DNA from: Chiloscyllium plagiosum
Lineage: Eukaryota
Direction: 5' to 3'
NCBI RefSeq assembly: GCF_004010195.1
Contig: NC_057746.1
Coordinates: 9,057,631-9,104,674 of the forward strand
DNA length: 47,044 nt
The notes under the pieces were generated by a model. The model worked only from the letters and a program-made list of their open reading frames with translations, had not been told where the DNA came from and did no database searches. The first letter of the stretch is position 1. Each line of letters starts with the position of its first letter. Below, one piece after another: positions 22,196 to 34,396 of this stretch. The position numbers and the translations under genes are program-made.

Positions 22196-24133
22196 AAATT
22201 CAGTCAGGGTCAACTCTTCGTTAAGTGAGTGGGTCAGGACGTAGACAGCAATGTACCTGGTTTCTAGCCACAGTGTGGGGTCATTGTCACACCAATACTC
22301 CTTCATTATCATGTTGACACAATGGAGATTTTGTCAATCATCGTGAATATATGAACCTTCCATGCTCGTTTTAACAAGAGTTCACTTTTAAGCAGGGGGC
22401 GAGGTGTATGGAGTCTGTTTTTGAAGAGATGCTTGACCATTTCTGAATTATTTATTGGGCTGCTCCAGTATTCATGCCTTTATCCCACTAGGATTGAGAG
22501 GTGACATCTCTAAGAGTGAGGCTGCTGTCCTCCTTAATCCTTGCTAATCCATTCCCATCCTTTGGCCCTTCCCATCCAATATCATCTCCTCTACTGTCTG
22601 TGTCCCTCTAATAATGGGTATGTTTTATCAGAATCTGAAGTTTCAAGTTGAAATATTCCTCATGCTTTCCCTGACTCGGTTTAAATCTGACTTCCTGCTG
22701 TTGAGCCTCTGAGCATACTGCGTTCTCATTCCGAAAGCAAAACATGGGAAATCTGAAATAATAACAGGAAACATTCAGCGGGTCAGGCAGCATGTGTGGA
22801 GACATAAAAGGAGCCAGTGGGTGTTGGGGTTATGCAGGAAAGTGAAGTTGAGGTCACATTAGCTGTCATCTTACTGAATGGTGGATCAGGCTTGAGGGGC
22901 CAAATGGCCTAATCTTGCTCCTAATCCCTATGTTCAAATATATTATAGAGACAGTTTACATTTCCATTTGACAATCTCACATCACAACAGAGCTCACATT
23001 TTAAATTTAGTTTTCCTGCTATGCCTACACCACTGCATAGTGCTAATTCATCAGTTTTGTTTCAAGCTGGTGAATCTTTTGGTCACAAGTTGATTTTCCT
23101 GCTCTGAGCTCGACTTTCCTGTCACTTGTGAATCTCTCATCTTCCAGCTTGCAACTCGTGCCAGCTATTCGACTGTGGTAGGTCCGTCACTCATCATGTG
23201 GCTCCATACTCACTGACACACGATTCCCTCTCCCTCTTGTAGGGCAGCTAAGAGGTACCTGGAGTCTGGGCAAGCGTGGCTGCCTCTGCCCATTGCAGCA
23301 AGACTGAGGTAACCTGGAGGCAAGGGTTCAGTCGGGGGGGGGGAAGACATTGTGCCAAGGTCAGGTTGGTCTGTAGCCCCGAGAGTAAGTGGTTTCAGGT
23401 CAGAGCTGAGGTGAGACAAAACAAAGAGCAGGAAGGTTGAAAAACACAGGCAATTGCTTTAGAAATCCAAATTGGGAACCTGAGTCTGAATGGGTAACAG
23501 TTGATGAAAGAAGCCGCTGCCACTGTTCTGTATTGCAGTGATGTCCTCTGAAATTGCCTGAGATGTTCCTATATCTCGCAGGTTTCAGGCAGTATCCAGT
23601 GAAGCTGATGGATACAACCAAAAAGGGGGAAATTGCATTGACATAGCACCATTCGTGACCCTATGGTGAAAACATAAGACACCCACTCCCAATTCTAGCT
23701 CTTTCTCTCTCTCTCTCGTCCGCTTGAGACACGCATCATCCCCTGAATCCAGGCACTTCCCAACATTGGGTTCCCTTCCTCGGAAGATGTCCTATGAGTT
23801 TGGTCTCCCCGAGTCAGCATTGGGCTTGGAGTAAGGAGAGCTGCCTCCCAAAGCGGGCCTCAGAGAGTGTGAGAGCTTTGTAGTGGTGAGACAGGCCAGT
23901 TATAAAATCATACAAAGAACTTGGATAAGCACATGGATGATGATGGAATAGTGTCCGGGGCGGGGTGAGCTTAGATTAGTTCACAGGTCAGCAGAACATC
24001 GAGGGCTGAAGGGCCTGTACTGCGCTGTATTGTTCTATGTTCTATAACTACAGGTGCCAGAAATCGCTCTGAACAACAGTCACTGGACTTGAAATTTTAA
24101 CTCTGTTTTCTCTCTGCTGACCTGCTAGGTTTC

Positions 24134-24794
24134 TCTTATGACGGGCCAGACCAAAACCCCTCAAAACATATCAAGGAGATAGCCTAGACCATAACTTCCA
24201 TTCAAAGGTAGTGTAAGACAGTGCATTCCAGATGTGTTTCAATTGGTCAAACTATTAGGATTTAAGCAAAATACACTTTATTCTTATGTCACAGTTAAAA
24301 CACAAACAAAAACAAGAAGAACTAGCAAAACGTTAACTCTATCAAAATACTTAACAAAACAATATATATTGCAACTGCTACTCATCAACTATTCCAAGAT
24401 AGCAGCATTTCATGAACACAGCCTTGGCAAAGGCAAATTCAGTAAAATAGAATTCCCTCACTTGCGACCTCCTCCAGTCCAGGAGAGGAAACACTGACTG
24501 AATGAATCTGGCAGAAGGGAGAGAACTCGAGCTTTTTGCAGCGTTAGAGAGCGCATTCTATCCAGCAGCTTCAACTGCAAGGACCCTAACTTCAACAACT
24601 GAAAGCAAAACAAAATCCTTGAGTCTGTGTCAGCGTGACTCCACCCACTCATGCTTTTGTCAACTTTTTAAAAAAGTCCCAAAGCTAATTCCTCTGCTTT
24701 CCATTGAGTAGATACCTGGGCATCACATTAATAACACTCCCCCTTCATAAGAACCAAGACAGACAAATTCCTCTCAAAGGGACATATTGTCACA
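24134..24794 (-). mobile_element. Solo LTR related to the Gmr1-like LTR at 10674-11317
   Basis: Shares acccc(t)tcaaaacat.tcaag.agatagcc, ccttggcaaa and the attgtc(g/a)ca terminus with the 10674 LTR. It sits inside a short Penelope-type terminal repeat. Confidence 0.75.
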
Positions 24795-25177
24795 CCCCAG
24801 GTATTTTTGCTTTTGTTTGTACCAGTTATAAGGCCTGCCCAACTTTGCTGGGATATTAAGTGAGTCCTGCTCATGGTTTTTTGGACTCCTTACCCTTCCC
24901 CTACCCTTCCCCCCTTCCACATACTCTTCCCATTCCCCTCATTTTCCTCATGACCCTCCCCAATTTCCTTATATTGCCCATTCCTTCCATACCCTGTCAT
25001 TGTGTCATGTGTTCTCCATCCTAACGTTCCTTCCCAAGTCCTCCATCACTCCCATACTCCTTTCATGCCTCCTGTGCAACATTGTCCATTCTGTCCAGAG
25101 TGAATGAGCCATTGGCAAATCTTTGAGATTCTCCTCAAATTGACAGAACACTTAAAGAGGCTTTGAAAATCTCGATT

Positions 25178-25470
25178 TGGAGATGCCGGTGTTGGACTGG
25201 GGTATACAAAGTTAAAAATCACACAACACCAGGTTATAGTCCAACAGGTTTAATTGGAAGCACACTAGTTTTCAGAGCGTCGCTCCTTCATCAGGTGATC
25301 GTGGAGGACTCAATCCTAACACGCAGAATTTATAGCAAAAATTTACAGTGTGATGTAACTGAAATTATACATTGAAAAATTGATTGTCTGTTAAGCCTTT
25401 CAATACAGTGATAGTTTCACTTCTTTCATGTGTAAATCACAAAACCATTTTTTAAACACAAGAATGCAAC
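25178..25470 (-). mobile_element. Penelope-like terminal repeat fragment with hammerhead-like core
   Basis: Reverse complement of 25263-25297 is CAC CTGATGA A GGAGC GAC GCTCT GAAA AC TA GTG. A partial second copy of the family lies at about 42170-42230. Confidence 0.6.
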
Positions 25471-25729
25471 TTTTTTAAAAAAAAGGTTTATCTTTGAAAA
25501 TCTCCTCTGTGAAAAAAAATGCTCAAAGTGTTAATCCACCAGAGCCATCAACAGTATCAATGTATAAAGCTTTAACACCTTTTAATTTTGTCCAAATAAA
25601 CAAAAAGGCACTGAAAAATTCCAAAGAAACCTTTTACAACTTGATAAACAAGTCAATCAGAAAAAGTGCGCACTCCCTATTGGGCTGAATCAGCAGACTC
25701 AAGCTAAGTTGAATGCATGAGTATTCGAG

Positions 25730-25895
25730 GCAGAAGTGGGTACTGTAGATGCTGGAGATTAGAGTTCAGATTAGAGTGGTGCTGGAAAAGCACAGCAGGT
25801 CAGGCAGCTTCCAAGGAGCAGGAAAATCAATGTTTCAGGCAAAAGCCCTTCATTCCTGGTGAAGGGCTTTTGCCTGAAATGCCGATTTTCCTTTT
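25730..25895. mobile_element. Penelope-type terminal repeat with inverted partial duplication
   Basis: ggaaaatcaatgtttcaggcaaaagcccttca / tgaagggcttttgcctgaaatgccgattttcc form a hairpin; same family as 35403 and 44856. Confidence 0.7.
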
Positions 25896-26344
25896 TCCTC
25901 CTTTTGTGAGCGACATGGAATGGGGGAAGGTTTAATTGTTGCTCCCTCTGGCTCACAAGGCACTAAAAAGAAACATATGAAGATCTCTAAAATATGGCAA
26001 ATAGAGGAAATCTTAAAGTCAGGAACTGTGTCTCTTCCCACAGATGCCAAATGTTCTGCTGTGCATATCTTTATTACTTGAGAAATGCTTTCTGAAGCTT
26101 CTGAAGTTACCCCACATCCAGTTACAAACTCACTTGTGTTTAAAAGAATGAGAGAAGGTCTAATGGAGATCGACAAGCCGCTAAAAGGGATTGAAAAGTA
26201 GACATATCGAAAGGATGTTTCATCTTGTAAGGAAAACAAATTCAAGAGGTCTTAGCTTTAATTTAAGTGGTGGCAGACATGATATCCATTATGAGGTGAG
26301 GAGGAAGTAGTTATCTCAAAGCATCATGAATATGTGGGGAACAT

Positions 26345-26555
26345 GATCAGAAATCGCTGGGAAACCTCAGCAGGTCTGGCAGCCTCTGTGGAGAGAAAGC
26401 AGAATTAACGCTTCAGGTTCAAGTGACCCTTTCTCAGAAGTCGACCCGAAACGTTCACTCTGATTCCTCTCTGCAGATGTTGCCAGATCCACTGAGCTTC
26501 CCCAGCAATGTCTGTTTTTATTTATTTCCGATTTATTGCATCCGCAGTTCTTCTG
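26345..26555. mobile_element. Penelope-type terminal repeat, inverted pair
   Basis: gctgggaaacctcagcaggtctggcagcctctgtggagag vs ctctctgcagatgttgccagatccactgagcttcccagc, with a cccgaaacgtt core. Confidence 0.6.
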
Positions 26556-26945
26556 GGGTTTGTACGAACCTATGGAATTCGCTACCCGTGAGGACTGAAT
26601 AATTTAAGGAGGAGATAGAAAGACTTTTCATTAGTAAATGGGTTAAAGGGTTGTGGGAAGCAGGCTGGAAAATGCAGTTGAGGCTGAGATGAGATCAGCC
26701 ATTGTAGTATTAAATGGTGGAGCAGGCCCAAGGGGTTAAGTTGCCTATTCCTGCTTGGAGACCTTATGACATGTAATAGCATCGTGAGAACCGGGCACAG
26801 ACAAGTCAACAGCCAACTGCTGTAAAAATGGCAACATGGGTTGAAGTTACATTTCATGATATTTTTGTTTTGCCAAACCCTTCCCTCCTGTTGGTGGGAT
26901 TCCTTAATGTGTGACAGTTCCGTCTTCGAGGGGAAGGACCTACAG

Positions 26946-27475
26946 TTAGAAACAACACAATTTAAGAGGGGCATCCTTTTTACCCACATTGTGCAACCCA
27001 GGATAGAAATAAGGGAAGAGATTCTCGGTGAACGTGTCAGTGAAGGTGTAGAGAACAGACATATCATCAGCGTTGTAAAAGGTCACCAGTCCGCCCTCAT
27101 AGTCCAGGTAAACTCCAATGCTCCTGGGTTTCACACTCGGACATAATGAATCAATGGCAGCTCCATATTCATTCTCATTTCTCAGCCACACAGCCCAGTA
27201 ACCATTCTCAGGACTTAATGTTACACATCCTTTCCTATTTGCAAACTCTCGAACTACACCCACATCCCAGTCAGTATTGTCCCCCACCTCCACCTCCCAG
27301 TAGTGTTTCCCTGAATTGAATCCCTGCGATCCCAGGACGCATGGAGCCGTGTCAAATCTCTCCGGATTACCTGGAAGCTCTAATACTGTCTCACTGTTTC
27401 TCACGCTGGTCAGGTCCTCAGACAGGATGAGGTTATGATGTGCTGTGTTTGGATCCAGGGTCAGTGAAACTGGAA
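26946..27475 (-). CDS. TRIM-B30.2 gene, terminal PRY-SPRY exon (zinc-binding protein A33/TRIM39-like)
   Basis: cccAG|TT CCA... Encodes [58 protein letters not shown] and LFPYFYP; stop at 26946-26948. Open frame throughout. Confidence 0.97.
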
Positions 27476-28687
27476 CTGGGTCAGAAGGAAAGATATCAGG
27501 TTAAATATTTTAGACAAAGGAAGGTGAACAGACACAGGTTAATATTATCTTACACCAGCCCATGTGTAAATACTGCAGATAAGAGACTGTGACAAATCTA
27601 TCTGCCAGACTCCAGTCTAGAACCAGAGGGCGTGGTCTGAGGATTTAAGACTGAGATGAAGAGAAATTTCTTTTTTCAGAGGGTGGTGAGCCTTTAGAAC
27701 TCCTTGCCACAGCTGTACAGGCACAATTTGTGCAGAATTTACAAGAATACTAATTCGAGGGGAATTCTAGCAAATTTCCCTGACAAGCGCAAGACAAAAA
27801 GTTGCAACCAAATGTGTCTTTTCTTGGCAACACTCCAGTTCCCTATGAACGTAAAGCTGGGTCCCCAGAACATCAGTTAAGTTTCCCAGATTAACAGTGG
27901 AGTGATAAGACCAGTGGGCCATCACCTCCCCTTACCGGTGATACTCTCAGGTCACCATCATAAACCGGACATCACTGCTATAATACTGCAGCTTAAATAA
28001 ATGCAAAACATAATTAATGTGTGTGAGAGACAGAAAGGAATGTTCACTAACACCATTAAAACTGTGAACCATCCCAAAGCAAACCATAAAGTGTTAATGA
28101 CCACATGACGCTGGCTCTATAGTATATATGTGTCAATGATCTGATGCTATTAATAAAGCCCTGCTCAGCAAGGTCATTTCATTTGATCATGTCAATTTTG
28201 CATTTATTTTTAGCTGGTCATATATTTCGGTGGATTGAATCCATTAACTAAATTCTCATGAAACCACAAGCATCAGCTTGAGTAAGTGCTCCATTGAGTC
28301 GGCCAAATCTGACCCGGTGTTTTAAGAATATGATTTTTCTGTAGAGTTTCTGCCCTGCTTCTGCTGAAGGTGGTGACTTAGACTCGGGTGATATTTCGAC
28401 AGCAGACTGGTCAGTAAGGTGAAATCCCTTTGTCAGGTCAGAGAGAAGTACAAGCAGACAGGGGACCAGGTCTAAACCTTGTCCAGTGAGTCACACTGGG
28501 AGGTCTGGCTGTCAGGGAAGAAGATCCTTTCTTTTCTGAATCACTCCAACCTGTGTCCCACAATCAGAACAGCCCCTCGCGTGTGGTCCTAGTGACCTCT
28601 ACCCATTAATGTGCAGCACCTTCCGAACGGTGGGAAGAGAGCAGGAAACTCCACAGGGGGTGGACACAAAGCTGTGGGGTCTCTTAC

Positions 28688-28908
28688 ATGGAGAGATGAT
28701 CTGTTTCATTTCCTTCCACACGGCGTAGAGTAATGGGCCTTGAAATCCCATGTAATTCTTTCTTGGAGATATTTGCATTTCTTCACCTTCATCTGCTGGA
28801 TATGCAATTTCTTCGAATACATATTCCTCCAAATCCTGGATTACATCATTGTCTTCTTCATCTTGTCCTCCATCTGCATTTCTCCCTTCCTCCCCTTTGT
28901 CCAGATAC
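28688..28908 (-). CDS. TRIM-B30.2 gene, linker exon (221 nt, acidic)
   Basis: aaacAG|G...T|GTAAGA, phase 2/1. Encodes YLDKGEEGRNADGGQDEEDNDVIQDLEEYVFEEIAYPADEGEEMQISPRKNYMGFQGPLLYAVWKEMKQIISP. GPLxYxVWKEM is typical of fish and amphibian A33/TRIM35/39/69-like proteins. Confidence 0.88.
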
Positions 28909-29001
28909 CTGTTTAAATGGGATTGATCTAATCACTCCCTGCAGGGTTTGAACTGTTTCCACCGTGTAAAAGCCACATGCGAGTAAGGATTAGATACTCA
29001 C

Positions 29002-29024
29002 ATTGCTTGCAATCCTTGCAGTTC
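29002..29024 (-). CDS. TRIM-B30.2 gene, 23-nt micro-exon
   Basis: ctgcAG|GAACTGCAAGGATTGCAAGCAAT|GTGAGT. The phase 0/2 23-nt exon is characteristic of class IV TRIMs and keeps the frame between its neighbours. Confidence 0.85.
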
Positions 29025-29227
29025 CTGCAGGATAGAAAATCAGAAACATGTTCATAGATATAATGGTGCTGTTCAGATGGCATTTATGTACAACCAGTAG
29101 TTTGAGTAAAAGGTGTACAGATCTGATGGGACATTAACTGAGAGTTTGCAGTGATCTGACAGCATGCTAGTTATTAAACCCCTTTTGCCCACAAACCACT
29201 GCCTTCCCCACTCTGATTAGACCTCAC

Positions 29228-29730
29228 ATAGAATCACAAGAGATGTGCAGCACGGAAACAGACCCTTCAGTCCAACTCATCCATGCCGACCAGGTATTCT
29301 CCATTAATCCACTCCCATTTGCCAGCATTTGGCCCATATCCCTCTAAACCATTCCCATTCATATACCCATCCTGATGCCTTTTAAATATTGCAATTGTAC
29401 CAGCCTCCACTACTTCTTCTGGCAGCTCATTCCATACATGAACCATGCTCTGTATGAAAAAGGTGCCCCTGAGTTCCCTTTTAAATCGTTTCCCTCTCAC
29501 CTTAAACCTATGTTCTCTAGGTTTGGACTCCCCCACCCTGGGGAAAAATCCTTGTCTACTTCCCTAATCCATACCCTTCATTATTTTAAAAACCTCGATA
29601 AGGTCACCTCTCAGCCCCTACTCTCCAGGGAAAATATCCCCAGCCTATTCAGCCTCTCCCAGTAGCTCAAACCCTCCAATCCTGGCAACATGCTTTTCTG
29701 AACCCTTTTAAGTTTCACAACATCCTCACT
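29228..29730 (-). mobile_element. CR1 LINE 3' end
   Basis: Minus-strand ORF GESKPREHRFKVRGKRFKRELRGTFF...VWNELPEEVVEAGT. Confidence 0.88.
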
Positions 29731-30057
29731 ATAGATGAGAAGAAGATTAGCTCCCCTCCCTTCTTAAGGCTCTCCTAATTATCTGTTAGGGAATGTTTAA
29801 GGGGCTTCTAGCAGCAATGGTTTATATCCCCGATAATATCTCTGCACACAGTTAGAAGTTATACTGTCGACTCATGACACAGTCAGACTTGGGGAAGCGA
29901 AACACTGCATAACTGATATTTAACAGCAATGGCTGAGTTCTGAATATCAGGCTCAGTGTTTAGTTTCAGCAAAGAGTGAACAGTCGCTCCTCACTTTATT
30001 AATATTACAAGTGCGAAGGCGTCCAGTGAAAGCTTGGTAAATTTGCTGGTTTAATTA

Positions 30058-30275
30058 CAGTCAGTTCTGCTATGACACGGTAGTTTCATTCTCGTGCAAT
30101 CCCGTGTTATTAGAAAATCATGTAATAGCAGCACTATTTAAACTCATGGGGCCAGAGCTGCATTATAACCAATGCACGCTTTAAAAGTTTGTGCTTTAGA
30201 AACAGTGTCTCCAATTTGTCAATCATGTTATAGCGAATTTGCATTAACAAAATGCTCGTTATAGCAGAACGACTT
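30058..30275. mobile_element. Tc1/mariner (Tigger-like) MITE
   Basis: ta|cagtcagttctgctatgac ... gttatagcagaacgact imperfect terminal inverted repeats. Confidence 0.65.
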
Positions 30276-30472
30276 CCATTCTGCAGGCAGTGTGAGGTGG
30301 TTTGGACCACGTGATACAGTGTCCAGACCAGTCAGAACTCAATCCCATTGGATATCCATTAGTCCTTAGCTACACTGCATATTGTCCATTGTTGAAATGG
30401 GGTTTCTACCCTATAACAAAGTGCCATGAACATTTATAGCAACAGCCTGGGGATTGAGTTATAAAGGATCAC

Positions 30473-30706
30473 CTTTAGAAAATAGATATTGTCTTGCTGC
30501 TGGATGACTTCACTCAGGTTCAAAATATTCTCCTCAAGTGAAAACAGCTCCATTTCAGTTCTACTCTGGTTCCCCACCATTAGCTGCAGGTCTTCTTCCT
30601 TTTGTCTCATGAGCTCTTCAGTTAAACATTTCTCTTTGTCTTCAAGATACTGATGGATTCTGGCAAACTGTGCGGAGATGTCCTTCTCCAAGGATGTCGT
30701 GAATTC
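30473..30706 (-). CDS. TRIM-B30.2 gene, second coiled-coil exon (234 nt)
   Basis: ctAG|GAA...AAG|GTGATC. Encodes EFTTSLEKDISAQFARIHQYLEDKEKCLTEELMRQKEEDLQLM...QQQDNIYFLK, a typical TRIM coiled coil (FxxxHxxLxxxE, ending FLK). Confidence 0.9.
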
Positions 30707-30786
30707 CTAGGTTAGTGAGAGCGATTGTTTAATCAGAGTGCTGTTGAGGGATTGCAATGTTTAAACTGAACTGAAGTCATACTCAC

Positions 30787-30882
30787 GTCCAGTTCTGCGA
30801 TCTCCCTCTCCTGCTGCTGCTTTAATTCACTCTTACTTTCCTTTTCTGCCTCCATGGAGTCCAAGGCTGATTTCAGCAGGTC
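30787..30882 (-). CDS. TRIM-B30.2 gene, first coiled-coil exon (96 nt)
   Basis: tttttAG|GAC...GAC|GTGAGT, phase 0/0. Encodes DLLKSALDSMEAEKESKSELKQQQEREIAELD. A 96-nt exon is typical for class IV TRIM genes. Confidence 0.88.
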
Positions 30883-31799
30883 CTAAAAATGGAATCAGAT
30901 CTCACCATGAACCAATGTCTGCTGTTCTAGCACAAACAGGTGATGGGACAACTGCTGGCAAGTGGGATTCGGGTAGAGAGTCAAATGGGTCAAATAGCCT
31001 TTTCTGTGTTGCAATGACAATGACGATGAAACTGTGAGGACAGTTGCTTTTAATGGCATACTCGATTTCACAGTGCAGCAAATGCAAGGTTACTGATATT
31101 TTATTAGGACTTCCAATGTTAAGTCAAACATTGCTTGTCAATGTTGATGTGAAACCACCAGAGATATTAATATCCTTACTCTCGAAATCATTCAAAATAT
31201 TTTTGGAAGAAATACATGGTCATTTTTTTCACTTATTAACTGAAACCTCTAATTTCCAAACAATGCTTTAAAAGAGCATTCCTAAAATAAACATTTTGTT
31301 CACAAAAATGTTATTAAATTTCACGATGGTGCCTTGACAGTATTTCATGATTTTGTTTTAAATTGGAAAGCCTCAGCCTTTTGCAGGAGACAGAGTTTGT
31401 AGGTGATTTTGTTTTCACCCAGTGTTTTGACTCGGTTTGCTGCAGATAGATTGTGTGGTCTGAGCTTCTTCTCATTCATCCCTAGGGTGTGGGTGTCAAT
31501 GGCTTGGCCAGCACATCCTGGCTATGGCTGAACTATCTGAATGGTGAAGGTGGTGCTGGTGGTGGTGGTGAGCTGCCTTCTTGAACTGCTCCATGCTCTG
31601 AAGTGTTGGGACACCCACAACATTGTGAGGAAGGGAATTCCAGGATTTGACCCAGCAACAGCGAAGGAACCGCAAAAAGGTCCAAGTCAGGATCGTGTGT
31701 GGCTTCGAGTGGCAGTAAAAGATATCCTACACAGTTGCTGACCTTACCCTTCTAGTTTACTGTGTTCTGTCTCACAGTGGTCATGCCATATCCCTTTAA

Positions 31800-32310
31800 G
31801 AGACATGCTCATTACTGAGATCCAGGTAGATCCAGTGTCCCTCCTCTTGGGTCTGCCGAATTTCCCCTCTTTTGATGCGCATGGGAATTTGTGTTAATGA
31901 AATGATCGCTGTTTAATATTCTTTCACATTGTGGCCATCCTGATGAGTTGGGTGTCGGAAAATCCCCCAGAACTTTCGGGGTGGCATAGGTTAGCTATAA
32001 AGCATGTTCTCCTGGGCTTCTTTACAAGTACGGTACACTAGAAAACGGAACTCTTTTTCGGATGTGGCGGACCTTTTTGAACTCCAGATCAACCTCGATT
32101 ATCCGAATGAGACAGGCAGGGAGTACTTTATTTGGATAATTGAGAGTTTGGATAATGGATTACTTGGATAATGGATAGCGTTTTTACGGGACGTCGAGAT
32201 CTTGTTTGGAAAATCCAAAATTTGGATAACTGATGCTCGGATAATCGAGGTTGCCCTGTATATAGATGCAGACTTGTCGGCCATATTGGTCAGGGCCTTT
32301 GTGTAGCCAT
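31800..32310 (+). mobile_element. L1-like ORF2 C-terminal fragment interrupted by a MITE
   Basis: DPVSLLLGLP...SWVSENPP...FLN | IDADLSAILVRAFV*; same family as 42700-43000. Confidence 0.7.
32085..32258. mobile_element. Tigger-like MITE
   Basis: TIRs aacctcgattatccga / tcggataatcgaggtt, ending ctg|ta; internal ttggataat repeats. Confidence 0.8.
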
Positions 32311-33839
32311 GAAGGCTGTGTCTGGAGGGCTGGGGGCCCCCGGGTGGAAGAATCCCAAATAAAGTGAAGGAATTCTGGGAAGGTGAGTCTAATAACTGTT
32401 TGAAAACCTAACTTCAGGCATCGGGGCCTCCATTTGCCGAGAGGTGCGAGGGAGGAGGGAAGGACTTCTGGGAAGGTTTTAAGTGGGTGAGATCTAAACC
32501 CGAGACCCTACACCATAGGGCGTCCCTCCCACCCACCTCTTCTAACCTTACTAAGAGCCTGTAAACTCAGGGACATATCAGGTAAGCATCTCTTCGATTT
32601 TTTTCCCTTTGTGTTAAGGGACTAGCAGGGATGGCAGTGCAGGGAAAGCAATGTTCCTCTGGCAGGATTTTGAGGTGAGGGACGCCATTAGTGTCCCATC
32701 CAAGTACATCTGCAGGAAGTGCACCCAACACCCGCCCCTCCAAGACTGTGTTAGGGAACTGGAGCGGGAGCTGGATGAACTTCGGATCATTCAGGAGGCA
32801 GAGGCTATGATAGATAAGAGTTACAGGGAAGTTGTTACTCCTAGGCATGAAGAAAGCTGGGTGACTGTTCGAAGGGGAAAAAAGCAGTCAGTCAAGGGAT
32901 CCCCTGTGGTCGTTCCCCTGAAAAACATGGATACCGTTTTGGATACTGTTGGGGGGGACGACTTACCAGGGGCAAGCAGTGGGGCCCAGGTCTCTGGCAC
33001 AGAGCCTGTCCCTGTTGCACCGAAGCGAAGGAGGGAATAAAGGAGAGTGTTAGTCATTGGGGACTCAATAGTTAGAGGGTCAGATAGGTTTGTTGGGAAC
33101 GAATGAGACTCGCGGTTGGTGTGTTGCCTCCCAGGTGCCAGGGTCCGTGATGTCTCGGATCGTACCTTTGGGGTCCTGAAGGGAGAGGGTGACCAGCCTC
33201 AAGTTATTGTCCATATAGGTACCAATGTCATAGGTAGAAAGAGGGATAGGGATGTAAGGCAGGATTTCAGGGAGCTAGGGTGGAAGCTGAGAGTTAGAAC
33301 AAACAGAGTTGTTATCTCTGGTTTGTTACCTGTGCCATGTGATAGCGAGGCAAGGAATAGGGAGAGATATCAGCTGAACACGTGGCTGCAAGGATGGTGC
33401 AGGAAGGAGGGTTTCAGGTTCTTGGATAGGTGGGGCTCAGTCTGGGGAAGGAGGGACTTGTACAAACAGGACGGTCTTCACTTGAAGCAGAGGGGTACTA
33501 ATATCCTGGGTGGGAAATTTGCTGGTGCTACTCGGGTGGGTTTAAACTCGCTCAGCAGGGGAATGGGAACTGGAGACATAGTGCACAGGAGGATGAGAGT
33601 CGGAAGGACAGGGACAGGATTTTAGGGTCACAGGAATGTGCTGGAAAACTGGTTTGAAGTGTATCTACTTCGACGCAAGAAGTATCCAAAATAAGGTAGG
33701 TGAGCTTGCAGCATGGACAGGTACCTGGGATTTGGATGTTGTGGCCATTTCAGAGACATGGATAGAGCAGGGTGAGGAATGGATATTGCAGGTTCCAGGG
33801 TTTAGATCTTTCATTAAGAACAGGCAAGGTGGTAAAAGA

Positions 33840-34396
33840 GTTTGGGTTGAATTTGTGGTAGGACTGTTTGTTCTAACCTTTGCATAACTGCCTCTGCTAT
33901 GAGTCCCGAGATTGGTGATCCTAATCAGCACACAACGGACTCATAACGGCACACAAACCAACAGCCACGCTCAGACAACAACTCACCAGAACGAAGGACC
34001 CGATACCCAACATGAGCAAAACTAATGTATTGTACAAAATACCATGCAAGGAATGCACAAAACACTATATAGGACAAACAGGAAGACAGCTAACAATCCG
34101 CATACATGAACATCAACTAACCACGAAGTGACACGACCAGCTATCCTTTGTAGCCAACATCAACCTGGACCCAATATACCAACCACTACAGCGGACAGCT
34201 GAAACTGACAACCGGAAGCGGCAGGGACAGACCACTATAAACACTGGAGGAAACATCAAAGAAGCGCTTCGCAGGAGGCTCCCAAGCACTGATGATGTCG
34301 CCTAGCCAGGGGACGAAATGTTTGCAACAAAAACTTCCAGCTCGGCGAACAGAACCACAGCAACGAGCACCCGAGCTACAAATCTTCGCTCAAACT
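33840..34396 (+). mobile_element. Penelope-like element fragment inserted into CR1 ORF2
   Basis: GIY-YIG NVLYKIPCKECTKHYIGQTGRQLTIRIHEH on +. Inverted RT piece GSPISGLIAEAVMQRLE on - (33840-33921). Terminal repeat with CTGATGA...GAAA at 34289-34318. Confidence 0.85.

Noticed and set aside
19431-22244. Long Cys-rich or mucin-like ORFs on both strands (TQVPVCNSQSA, ADWHLCYRLTV, LQTDCCRLALV repeats)
   Set aside because: By-products of a 33-bp unit that is mostly stop-free; frames shift at unit indels, and there is no splice or start context.
26946-26965. C-terminal KLCCF of the TRIM as a prenylation signal
   Set aside because: Not a CaaX box (no Cys at -4), and CCX motifs are used by the Rab-specific machinery. 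Palmitoylation cannot be judged from sequence.
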